In this document: one piece after another, positions 9,428-17,959 of the stretch
How positions within the stretch are numbered: the first letter of the stretch is position 1
Layout of the letters: each line of letters begins with the position of its first letter
DNA from: Actinomycetota bacterium
GTDB taxonomy: Bacteria; Actinomycetota; Acidimicrobiia; Acidimicrobiales; Ilumatobacteraceae
NCBI GenBank assembly: GCA_046074785.1
Contig: JBJTOX010000071.1
Coordinates: 1-59,515, forward strand
Direction: 5' to 3'
DNA: 59,515 nucleotides
Notes under the pieces: model-generated
Databases searched by the model: none
What the model was told of the DNA's origin: nothing
Seen by the model: the letters and a program-made list of their open reading frames with translations, nothing else
Position numbers and translations under genes: made by a program

Positions 9428-10219
9428 ATGTGCGAGGCTCAAAGCGTGGGGGAGAACACACGTCGTCCGAAGGCGCTCGTCACGGGTGCATCGTCGGGAA
9501 TCGGCGAGGCATTCGCGATGTGGTACGCCGGGCGGGGTTACGACCTCGTGATTGCTGCACGCAACCATGCTGAGCTTGAACGAGTTGCGACGGCGACCCG
9601 AGTCCAAGGCGTGGCGACCGAAGTTGTCGTCGCCGATTTGGCGACGCCGAAGGGCATCGAAGAAGTTGCACTTCGGTGCGGCGACGTTTCGACCATCGTG
9701 TTGAACGCTGGCAGCACGCATGCGGCCTCGATCGGCACGACCGACAGGGATGAACTCGACTCACTCACATATCTCTTGGCGACCGGCGTGGTTCGGCTGT
9801 GTGAAGCAGTCGTTCCGGGGATGATCGAGCGTGGCGGCGGCGATGTCGTCATCGTGTCGAGCATCGCTGCGTTCACACCGATGCGCAAGGCGGCACCTTA
9901 CGCTGCCGCGAAGTCGCATTCTGCCGCGTACGCGCGCAGTTTGTCCCTCGAGGTCGGCCGGAAAAACGTGAGAGTAGTGGCCGTGTGTCCGGGCTACGTC
10001 CGAACCGACCTACACCGACGTGCCGGACTCGAGCATCTGAGCACGAGCATTCCCGACTGGATGTGGTTGTCGGCTGACGCAGTGATTCGGGCGGCTGATC
10101 GAGCACTGAGACGGGGCAAGGTCGTTGTCGTCCCCGGTCTGGTTTACCGGCTGGCTCTACCGTTCTTGTCGTCGTCGGCCGCCCAAGTGATGTGGAGAAG
10201 GTTGACGCGTCGCGGCTAG
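9428..10219 (+). CDS. Short-chain dehydrogenase/reductase (SDR)
   Basis: Cofactor motif TGASSGIGEAFA, catalytic YAAAK, and NAG/SS context. Possible starts are ATG 9404, ATG 9428 and GTG 9446. Confidence 0.8.
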   Translation: MCEAQSVGENTRRPKALVTGASSGIGEAFAMWYAGRGYDLVIAARNHAELERVATATRVQGVATEVVVADLATPKGIEEVALRCGDVSTIVLNAGSTHAASIGTTDRDELDSLTYLLATGVVRLCEAVVPGMIERGGGDVVIVSSIAAFTPMRKAAPYAAAKSHSAAYARSLSLEVGRKNVRVVAVCPGYVRTDLHRRAGLEHLSTSIPDWMWLSADAVIRAADRALRRGKVVVVPGLVYRLALPFLSSSAAQVMWRRLTRRG

Positions 10220-11679
10220 CGCGTCGTCTTGTCGCGCAGGTGTCCACCGACGTGGCCGATCACGACGCGACGCTCTCCCGAGTCGACGTAGAAGTAGATG
10301 CGTGCCTCGTTGCAGCGAATGTGCGGCCCAAGTTGTACCGGCTCCCCGTTCCAAGTGATCGTGTAGTCACCACCGAATTTGTTCACCGCATTGTCGCCAA
10401 CCGAAGGGGCGAAGTTGAACTTCTCCGAGCAGTAGGTGTTGAACAGGTGGGGCTCGATGTCACCTCGTCGCAGTCGGGCTGCCAAGTTGTTGAGTTCGAG
10501 CAGGCTGGCGAAGATTCGTTGGTTGGTTGCCGGAGGAAACTGTGTGTTACCGAGACGACTCTCGACATCTTGATGAAAGTCCAGCATGGTGAATGATTTC
10601 TTGGCCAGCGCAACGACGTGGGCAGTGTTGTTCCACTGTTTTGCGTCGTCACGGAGCAACAAGAACGAGGTGAGCTGATCGCGGTAGCGATCTCGGTCCT
10701 CGGCCATTTTGGCGCTCAGATGTTCCGTGGTGGTCAGATTCTCATAGAGATCGTCGAAGTCGGCTTGCAGCTCCGACACGCGCTGCTCCAATTCCTGGTT
10801 CTTTCGTCGCAGGTCGCCCACTTCCGGCGAAGACGTGTTGGCGACGACCTGTTGGATCGGGACTACCGGTGTACTTTGCGGACGGGTCGTCGCGCGGGGG
10901 AGCATCGGAAGTGCACCGACGGCCGCCGCGATGAGCTCGTCAACGAGCCGGTCGTCATCCTTCTGCGGATATTCACTCAGAATCACGTTGCGACCTGTGC
11001 GGGGCCATGCGACGAGCACCCAACTTGAACTCGCCTTGCGTGTGCCGTAGTAGTCGTTGAATCCCTTCTCTGCATCACTCGTGGTGAGGTGATAGACGTG
11101 CGCAATCCCCGTCAGCACTCGTGCCGTATCGATGGTGGTTGCAGCGTTCGGTCCTTTCGTGCTGGTGCACTCGATGACCACGGGCAGTCGACGAGACGGC
11201 GCATCAATCAGTGCGGCGACCGCAGCGCCCTCATCGGCGGAAGACACTCGACTCGGGCTGCCCGATATGAACTGATTCGCGTCTCTGGCCCGCAACTCAC
11301 GGGCGATGTCGGCTACGAGAGTGGTGAGTGCCAACGGTGGTCGCTCACTCCGAGTACGAGGCAGAATCAGTGGTCCCGTAGGCCGCACCTCGCGACGTAC
11401 ATCGATGCAAAGGTCACCACGCCGTGCGGTGAACATCGAAATGAGGGTGACCTGTCGGGCGTCGTCTGTGGGATGCTGCTCAGAAACTTCACAGCGGAAG
11501 ACCTTGTCGGTGACACTGTTGTGCATCTGAACCTGCAAGGTGTTGGTTCGTTTGGCATGTGGCCAGGTTGCCTCCAACCACGGTTCGATGAGTCTTCCGA
11601 CCGACTCCCTCAGCAACCGCTCGTGAGAGTCATCCTTCGCCCGAGGAGTGATGAGCGTGACGCCGTAGACCGTGAGCAT
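10216..11679 (-). CDS. Hypothetical protein, no family recognised (N-domain / coiled coil / C-terminal beta-rich module)
   Basis: Uninterrupted 487-codon ORF with non-repetitive, protein-like composition. The ATG lies 3 nt after the upstream yceI-like stop. The overlapping opposite-strand ORFs are short and low-complexity. Confidence 0.6.
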   Translation of the reverse strand: MLTVYGVTLITPRAKDDSHERLLRESVGRLIEPWLEATWPHAKRTNTLQVQMHNSVTDKVFRCEVSEQHPTDDARQVTLISMFTARRGDLCIDVRREVRPTGPLILPRTRSERPPLALTTLVADIARELRARDANQFISGSPSRVSSADEGAAVAALIDAPSRRLPVVIECTSTKGPNAATTIDTARVLTGIAHVYHLTTSDAEKGFNDYYGTRKASSSWVLVAWPRTGRNVILSEYPQKDDDRLVDELIAAAVGALPMLPRATTRPQSTPVVPIQQVVANTSSPEVGDLRRKNQELEQRVSELQADFDDLYENLTTTEHLSAKMAEDRDRYRDQLTSFLLLRDDAKQWNNTAHVVALAKKSFTMLDFHQDVESRLGNTQFPPATNQRIFASLLELNNLAARLRRGDIEPHLFNTYCSEKFNFAPSVGDNAVNKFGGDYTITWNGEPVQLGPHIRCNEARIYFYVDSGERRVVIGHVGGHLRDKTTR

Positions 11680-11682
11680 CGG

Positions 11683-12411
11683 TCAGCGTTCCAGCACGAG
11701 GCTGAACTCGAGGATGCCAAAGTCTTCGGTTGAGATACCCGGAATCGATGGGTTCGGAATTCCCCACTCGTCGAACACGATGGTGATCTCGCCAGCGAGG
11801 ACGATCGCCCCGCCGCGTATCGAGCTGACGACATCAAGGCTTACCGGCTTGCTTGTCCCACGCAGCGAGAGGACGCCGGATGCTTCATGTCGCCCGGGCC
11901 CATTGAGTGCCTCTACACCCACGGTGATTGGCGAGGAGAGGACGAACGTCGCGGTCGGGAAGTTGAGAGTGTCCATGATTCTGCTGGCGAACTGTGCATC
12001 GCGCTTGGATTCGTCGCTCTTCACCGTCGTCATGTCGACGGTGAATTCGGCCGAGTTGACGGTGAGATTGCTGATGTTGACGACGCCCGTTACGGCAGTG
12101 GTTCTGCCCACCGCCGTGACGTTCTGGCCGAACAGCACCTCGTCAACGCGGTAGCCCACCTGGGAGTCGCCGGAAACACTCCATGTGCCGCTGACATCAT
12201 CAAGGACGGTTGAATCGTCCTCGGAGCTTTGCGGTGCATTCGTCGTGGATGAGACATCGCCCATGGCCACGAACGTGGTGGTGGAGATTTCATCCAGAAA
12301 GCTCTGAGCTGCGGGCTCACGAATCACGTTGATGTAGACCCAGGGGCCACCAACAAAGACCACCAAGCCAGCAGCAATCACCACGAGCAGCCTTCTGGTT
12401 CGCCGCGACAT
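11683..12411 (-). CDS. YceI-like (polyisoprenoid-binding) protein with N-terminal membrane anchor
   Basis: TM anchor RRLLVVIAAGLVVFVGG followed by a YceI-type beta-barrel pattern (VGYRVDEVLFGQNVTAVGRT, FTVDMTTVKSDESKRD, LSLRGTSKPVSLDV). Start trimmed to ATG 12411 to avoid overlapping the upstream gene. Confidence 0.7.
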   Translation of the reverse strand: MSRRTRRLLVVIAAGLVVFVGGPWVYINVIREPAAQSFLDEISTTTFVAMGDVSSTTNAPQSSEDDSTVLDDVSGTWSVSGDSQVGYRVDEVLFGQNVTAVGRTTAVTGVVNISNLTVNSAEFTVDMTTVKSDESKRDAQFASRIMDTLNFPTATFVLSSPITVGVEALNGPGRHEASGVLSLRGTSKPVSLDVVSSIRGGAIVLAGEITIVFDEWGIPNPSIPGISTEDFGILEFSLVLER

Positions 12412-12451
12412 GGCAGGCAGGTTATCGCTGTACCGCTCAGGGCGGTAGAAA

Positions 12452-13105
12452 TCAGATCTTGCGCGCGAGAACCTGAGTGGTCGCACTCAATCCGTTGTGG
12501 TACTTGCCCTCGACGATGTCACGTTCGATTTCGCGACCGATTTCGATCGTCAGACCGGCAGCCACTCCGAGGTCACCGAGCACATCCTCAAGTTCCACGG
12601 TCATTTCGGCATTCTGCGGGCCGCCAACACCGCGGCCGATGTTTGCAGCACGGTACGCCTCGAACACGAAGCATCCACCACGCCTCAAAGCCCCCGGAAT
12701 CGCCGAATGTACGGCGTGACGGAGCGTTCTTGGCAAGTGACAGAACACCGAGACGATGCAGTCCCAGTCGTCGTGCCCTAAGTCGAACCCGTCCAGGTCT
12801 GCAACCCTTGCGTCGATCTCCACTTTTCGATCGGCGGCCAGCCTGCGTGCTTTCACGACTCCGACCGGGCTGAGATCAACGGTCACCACGTGGTGCCCGA
12901 GTTGAGCAAGAAACACTCCGTTACGGCCTTCACCGTCACCAAGACAGAGTGTTCTGCCGATCGGCAGTGAATCTGCGACTTCACGCAGGAAATCATTTGG
13001 CTCGGTGCCGAACGCAAAACCATCCTCTGCGTAGCGCTCATCCCACGTTTGACCGCTTGAGGTAGTTCTGGACATCGTTCTGAGACTACGAGGCTCATCG
13101 GACAC
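12452..13105 (-). CDS. Class I SAM-dependent methyltransferase
   Basis: SAM motif I LCLGDGEGRNGVFLAQLGHHVVTVDLS and motif post-I/II spacing. About 205-217 aa depending on start (GTG 13105 or ATG 13075). Confidence 0.7.
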   Translation of the reverse strand: MSDEPRSLRTMSRTTSSGQTWDERYAEDGFAFGTEPNDFLREVADSLPIGRTLCLGDGEGRNGVFLAQLGHHVVTVDLSPVGVVKARRLAADRKVEIDARVADLDGFDLGHDDWDCIVSVFCHLPRTLRHAVHSAIPGALRRGGCFVFEAYRAANIGRGVGGPQNAEMTVELEDVLGDLGVAAGLTIEIGREIERDIVEGKYHNGLSATTQVLARKI

Positions 13106-13150
13106 TTGAATGACGTCCGAGTGAAGTGCCGAAGAATTAGCGTCGTCACG

Positions 13151-13750
13151 ATGAGTGTGAGCGACATTGCAGGTGTTGTCGCCACGATGCTTGGAGTTGC
13201 ATTCATCTGGCCACAGGTCTTTCGCGTGTACTCACGACGGAGCGTCGAGGGAGTGTCGCCGTCGTCCCAGTTGATCGGTCTGTCGGGCACGCTCATGTGG
13301 CTTACCTATGGAGTGACGATCGACAGCCTCCCGATGATCCTTTCCAACACCAACATCGAGTTGGCGATCATCTCCCTGGTCGTGATGCTGGTGCGCAAAG
13401 GCTCGCTGCCACTTTGGCAGCCGCTTGCTGCATTCGGAACTACCGCAGTGTTCTGTGCGGTGTTCGCCAGGATTTCTCCGACCGTCGTCGGTGTGGCTGG
13501 CGTGATCATCGGTACACCGGCAATCATCCCGCAGGTGTGGCGTGCTCTCCGCACGACCCACCTCTTTGGCGTATCGGTCTCCTCGTATTCGCTGCTCGCC
13601 ACGATGGGCACGGGCTGGTTCGTGTACGGGTTGTCAATTGGTGATCCCGTTGTTTCGTATCCGAACCTGATACTCATTCCAAGTGCAACGTACATCGCCT
13701 GGCGTGCGTGGACTTCGCACCACGCACGCGACGAAGTCAGCGCAGCGTAA
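13151..13750 (+). CDS. Two-repeat PQ-loop (SWEET/MtN3-like) membrane protein
   Basis: About 199 aa with six to seven TM helices and two PQ motifs (FIWPQVFRVY, and AIIPQVWRAL about 115 aa later). Start taken at ATG 13151. Confidence 0.5.
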   Translation: MSVSDIAGVVATMLGVAFIWPQVFRVYSRRSVEGVSPSSQLIGLSGTLMWLTYGVTIDSLPMILSNTNIELAIISLVVMLVRKGSLPLWQPLAAFGTTAVFCAVFARISPTVVGVAGVIIGTPAIIPQVWRALRTTHLFGVSVSSYSLLATMGTGWFVYGLSIGDPVVSYPNLILIPSATYIAWRAWTSHHARDEVSAA

Positions 13751-15425
13751 GGCTCGCCGACACCGACCCGGCCCGTTGATGCGAGGCCGATACGGTCAGC
13801 ACGGTTCCAGACTTGGCTCGAATCATCCACGTATGGAGTCGACGATCCGGCGTGCCATCCGACATCGCACCTCCATCAAGCAGGAACTTGCTGCGACCCT
13901 CGAGTTGTCCGATACGCACCCTCGCTTCGCCCTCGACGAGGTCGGGTGCCGTCCCGTCGGCATTGCGCAGATCCACGATGGCGGGCAGCACGATCTTCAT
14001 CGACCGGGCGTGTTGCGTGACGTACGTCGGCAGCCAACCGGTGTTTGCCACACCGACGCGCACTTGCCAGATGTCGCCGCCCAATGAGGTGGCATCGACG
14101 AGTTTGATTTCCAGCCGGGGCGATGCCATGGCTTGGAAGATTGCAACCTCGGCGTGCGGTGCGACCTCAGCCTTCAGGCACGATGCCGGGGCGTTGGTCC
14201 ATATATATAGAGCGTTGATACCGCCGAGTTCGACCGGTCCAAGTTGCGGATGCGAATAGGGGTACCAGGCCACGTACGAGCCCGGAGCGTTCTTGTCGCT
14301 CCAGCGGCAGACCGCGAGGTCTTGTGCCGGCGTCGGGCCGACGTACCACACGTCGGTCGGAGAGTGTTCTCCGGTCGCGCGATAGATGGCATCCCAGAAT
14401 TCAGTCGTCCATGAATACACCCCGAGATGGTCGTACGCCCAGTCGTCGCCGGCACCGCCCATCACCCGCGACTTATCCCATGTGAGATCCTCATACACCG
14501 AGTGCACGGGATACGTGGTGAGTGGGGTGGAATGCTCGCCAAACTTCTTGAAGATGAACAAGTCCTCGGGCGGGAGTTTGGAATCGGGAAGATTGCTGCT
14601 CGGTCGCAACATGAAGCCGCCAGCCGTGTGGAATGCGTTGTACCCGCACACATTCGGTCGCGCTTTGACGGCTCGCACGAGAGCAAGAATCTCCGGTTCG
14701 CTCATCGGATGATCACCCGAGCCGAGAACATCAACACCCCAGCCGGCGGGGAAATTGCGGTTGAGATCGAGTCCGGCAGGGTCACGAGGCTGGTCGATGG
14801 TGAAACCATCGAAGTTTTCGATGAGACCTTCGGTGAGCAGCCGGTAACGCTTCGTGCCGGCCGGTGCGCCGAGAGGTCCGACCGGAATCATCACACGCGG
14901 CTCGTCAGGATGGGGCATCCAACCGCCATCGGGGTCGGCAATACGCATCGTGAGAATGCGTCCGTCACCGTCGATGTCCTGCGGGTGAAGACCGGGCCAG
15001 CGATGCCCGTCGCGCCATGGCCACGGTCGCACGCTTGAGCGATGGAACAGCGGTCGCTCGGCCAGTGCATCCTCGACACCGTCAGGGTTCACGCGCGGTG
15101 CCACGTAGAACGTGCGCGTCCTCAGTGCCTCTACGACCGTCGGGTTGCCAGCGACATACTCCGTGACGAGATGGTGAATGATGTACAACGCAGCAACTCC
15201 ACCCGTTACCTCAACGGCGTGGATGTTGGCGTCGATCCAATGCGCTGGCTTTGAGTGGTGTTCTCCGGATCGTGAATCGGTGATGGTGGCAAGCAGCAAA
15301 TCACGACCGAGGTGTGATTTGCCGTAGGACTCGACCGTCAACAGCGTTGGATGCGCTGCCGCCAGAGATTGCAACCACGCTGCCATCTCGTCATATCGAA
15401 GGAATCGGTCAAAGTCGTACGCCAT
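13737..15425 (-). CDS. M14 family zinc carboxypeptidase-like protein
   Basis: 562 aa. The N-terminal YDEMAAWLQSLA...SYGKSHLGRDLLLATI and zinc motif HWIDANIHAVEVTG (HxxE) are typical of M14. No obvious signal peptide. Confidence 0.7.
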   Translation of the reverse strand: MAYDFDRFLRYDEMAAWLQSLAAAHPTLLTVESYGKSHLGRDLLLATITDSRSGEHHSKPAHWIDANIHAVEVTGGVAALYIIHHLVTEYVAGNPTVVEALRTRTFYVAPRVNPDGVEDALAERPLFHRSSVRPWPWRDGHRWPGLHPQDIDGDGRILTMRIADPDGGWMPHPDEPRVMIPVGPLGAPAGTKRYRLLTEGLIENFDGFTIDQPRDPAGLDLNRNFPAGWGVDVLGSGDHPMSEPEILALVRAVKARPNVCGYNAFHTAGGFMLRPSSNLPDSKLPPEDLFIFKKFGEHSTPLTTYPVHSVYEDLTWDKSRVMGGAGDDWAYDHLGVYSWTTEFWDAIYRATGEHSPTDVWYVGPTPAQDLAVCRWSDKNAPGSYVAWYPYSHPQLGPVELGGINALYIWTNAPASCLKAEVAPHAEVAIFQAMASPRLEIKLVDATSLGGDIWQVRVGVANTGWLPTYVTQHARSMKIVLPAIVDLRNADGTAPDLVEGEARVRIGQLEGRSKFLLDGGAMSDGTPDRRLHTWMIRAKSGTVLTVSASHQRAGSVSASLTLR

Positions 15426-15701
15426 GCGCCGAGGCTAGACCGAACGGGTATCGGGGTACTTAGCCTGACGGTGTGCTGGAACCACGACACACCATGCGTG
15501 AAACTCTGCGTTTGTTGCGCAGCGTGGAGAAGCCGGCGGTAAGTCGCTTTCGGTTCGGCTCACCGTGCCGTTTCGTCAGGCAGATCGACGTCCTGGTGCA
15601 CATCGTGTTGCCGGAACTCATCGAGAGTCGGCTACCGCGATTTGCTGGGTATCTGCGGCGAACGTCGCCCCGATGGGGTCGTAGTTGGCGTGGGTGGCCG
15701 C

Positions 15702-16391
15702 ATGACGCCCTACGCTCGCACTGTGAGAGCTAGTCGAGCGCATCGTCCGGTGTTCCACCACCCGACGGGACTATGGCGACCGCGTTGGCGAGGCCGTATC
15801 CACGGCGGTGCAGTTCTCGTGACTCTGCCTGCCGTCATTGCACTCGTTCTGTTTGCTGACGGAACCATTGCCACGACATCGACTGCGGTCTATGCAACAT
15901 CGCTCGTTGCACTGTTCGGTACATCAGCTGCCTATCACCTCTTTGCTCGAAGCAGCCGTGTACAGCACGTGATGCAACGCATCGACCACTCCATGGTCTA
16001 TGTGCTGATTGCCGGAACCTACACACCCGTGTGTTTGGTCGCGCTACCACGAGCAATTGGTGTTCCGCTCCTCGTGGTGGTGTGGTCGGTCGCAGTGCTG
16101 GGCATCGTGCTCAAGTCGTTGTGGAGGGCACGGAAGTTTGCGTCGTCGTTGTATCTCGTCATGGGTTGGATCGTGATCCTTGTCTTGCCGTGGGCGTACC
16201 GCCATGCCGGACCAGTGTCACTCTCGCTCTATGCAGTCGGCGGCCTCATCTTCACCGCTGGCGCGGTGATGTTCTTGCGAAAGTTTCCTCGCCTACGACC
16301 TGAGGTGTTTGGCTTTCATGAGATGTGGCATGTGATGACAGTCCTTGCCGTGGGATGCCAATTCGCGGCAACATTCATGATCGTTCGCTGA
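15702..16391 (+). CDS. Hemolysin III / PAQR family membrane protein
   Basis: Seven TM segments with AYHLF, DHSMVYVLIAGTYTP and FHEMWHVMTVLA motifs. Start trimmed to ATG 15702. Confidence 0.8.
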   Translation: MTPYARTVRASRAHRPVFHHPTGLWRPRWRGRIHGGAVLVTLPAVIALVLFADGTIATTSTAVYATSLVALFGTSAAYHLFARSSRVQHVMQRIDHSMVYVLIAGTYTPVCLVALPRAIGVPLLVVVWSVAVLGIVLKSLWRARKFASSLYLVMGWIVILVLPWAYRHAGPVSLSLYAVGGLIFTAGAVMFLRKFPRLRPEVFGFHEMWHVMTVLAVGCQFAATFMIVR

Positions 16392-16415
16392 ACGCCGTCG
16401 TATCCCCAAATCCCC

Positions 16416-17801
16416 ATGCAATCGCTACCAAAGATCTCCGCAAAGAAGATGATCGCAGTCGTCGGATGTGTTCTTGCAGTCTCGCTCATCCCGACTCGTG
16501 GGTCAGAAGTCGTGACGGCTGCCGCAACGTGCTCAAAGGGTGGCCCGTGCAAGATCGGTGACGGCGGCCCGCTTGGCGGCATTGTTTATAACGTGGCGCC
16601 CGAACCGCAGTGGTGGGGTCAATACCTCGAAGTTCTTGTGACTCCGAAGAAGAAGGCAGGTGCATGGGGCGCTGGTGTGCTTCATGCTGCGAATGTCGGC
16701 AAAGTAGAACGAATACTCGGCAAGCAACTCGGTGCAGGACGAAAGAACACCGAGCTCATGGTTGCCATGCAAAGTTCGTTGGCGACCTCGCTGGCTACGG
16801 TTGCGGCCGGTGCTCACATTCCATCCAAGGATGAACTTGATGCGCTCTATAACTACATCGCGACATCGCGCAATCCCGCGCTAGCAGCCTTTCCGATCGG
16901 ATTGAAGGGCTCGCCGTATTGGACGTCGAGCGAGGCATCAGAAGCCTTCGCCTGGTACCAACTGTTCCAGGACGGCACACAGTTCACCGACGCCAACGGC
17001 ATCGTGACCGGACTCACTGCGAACAAGAACCTCACAACGAGCAATGCGCACAAAGGTTCGTCATTCCAACCCACGCCGATGCGCCTCGCGTGGGTGCATT
17101 CCTTTGCGCCACGAGGACTCGCACTCCCGACACGTCCTGCCAACCCCACAATTCCGCCGGGCGGGCGGACGTCCGAGGCCTGCTCGGCTGCGATCAGATG
17201 CAGCGTCGGCGATCGCGGGCCTGGAGGAGGCGTCGTGTTTTACGATGCCGGATCCACACAGTCATGGGGCCGTTGGCTTGAGGCCGCGCCGGCGAATTGT
17301 CAGAAGAGCGGACTGGCGTGGCGCACGAGCGGCAGCGGTCGGGCAGGATCACGAGCGCTACCTCCCTTGTATCCACGATGGGAGACCGCCGCGCGTCAGC
17401 GAGTTGAGTCGAAGCGTATGGGAATGGGGAGGGCAAACACCGACTTGATCGTCAAACAACACAAGAACGTCAGCACGACTTCGTTCATTGGTACGGCAGC
17501 CGGATATGCCGACACGCTGGTGTGCGGCGAGAAAGACGATTGGTTTCTCCCGAGCAAGGACGAACTCGACACCCTCTACAACGTGCTTGCGTTGACGGAC
17601 AACGATCTCACGGGAAACAACTCGTTCGGTTTCTCGCGCGGCTTTTACTGGACGTCTTCGGAGTACAACAATGAGACCGCGTGGACGCAGCTGTGGATTG
17701 ATGGCCAACAGTTCGACCGCGAGAAGTGGTTGACGGGTGATCCACGCAAGGATGGCGGCTTCAATCCATTCCACGTGCGACCGATTCGCGCCTTCGGCTG
17801 A
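16416..17801 (+). CDS. Secreted protein with two tandem DUF1566-like (Lcl C-terminal type) modules
   Basis: Signal/anchor AVVGCVLAVSLIP, then two about 200-aa modules. Each has a C..GD.GPGGG.V.Y start, a G.GR.NT.L.V middle and a PSKDELD.LYN ... YWTSSE ... AW.QL..DG.QF end. Confidence 0.6.
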   Translation: MQSLPKISAKKMIAVVGCVLAVSLIPTRGSEVVTAAATCSKGGPCKIGDGGPLGGIVYNVAPEPQWWGQYLEVLVTPKKKAGAWGAGVLHAANVGKVERILGKQLGAGRKNTELMVAMQSSLATSLATVAAGAHIPSKDELDALYNYIATSRNPALAAFPIGLKGSPYWTSSEASEAFAWYQLFQDGTQFTDANGIVTGLTANKNLTTSNAHKGSSFQPTPMRLAWVHSFAPRGLALPTRPANPTIPPGGRTSEACSAAIRCSVGDRGPGGGVVFYDAGSTQSWGRWLEAAPANCQKSGLAWRTSGSGRAGSRALPPLYPRWETAARQRVESKRMGMGRANTDLIVKQHKNVSTTSFIGTAAGYADTLVCGEKDDWFLPSKDELDTLYNVLALTDNDLTGNNSFGFSRGFYWTSSEYNNETAWTQLWIDGQQFDREKWLTGDPRKDGGFNPFHVRPIRAFG

Positions 17802-17885
17802 GTATTCGGAGAAGACCGAACTAGCCTTAGCGCTTGGTCGGAATTGAGTTGTTGACACCTCGTGTTGGGATTCGGCTCCGCCCTC

Positions 17886-17958
<73 letters not shown>

Positions 17959-17959
17959 C

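Noticed and set aside
10450-10475. An Rx5H string (RGDIEPH) in the orphan 487-aa protein as a possible HEPN RNase motif.
   Set aside because: A single short motif with no supporting helical HEPN context that I can verify by eye is too weak to report as a domain call.
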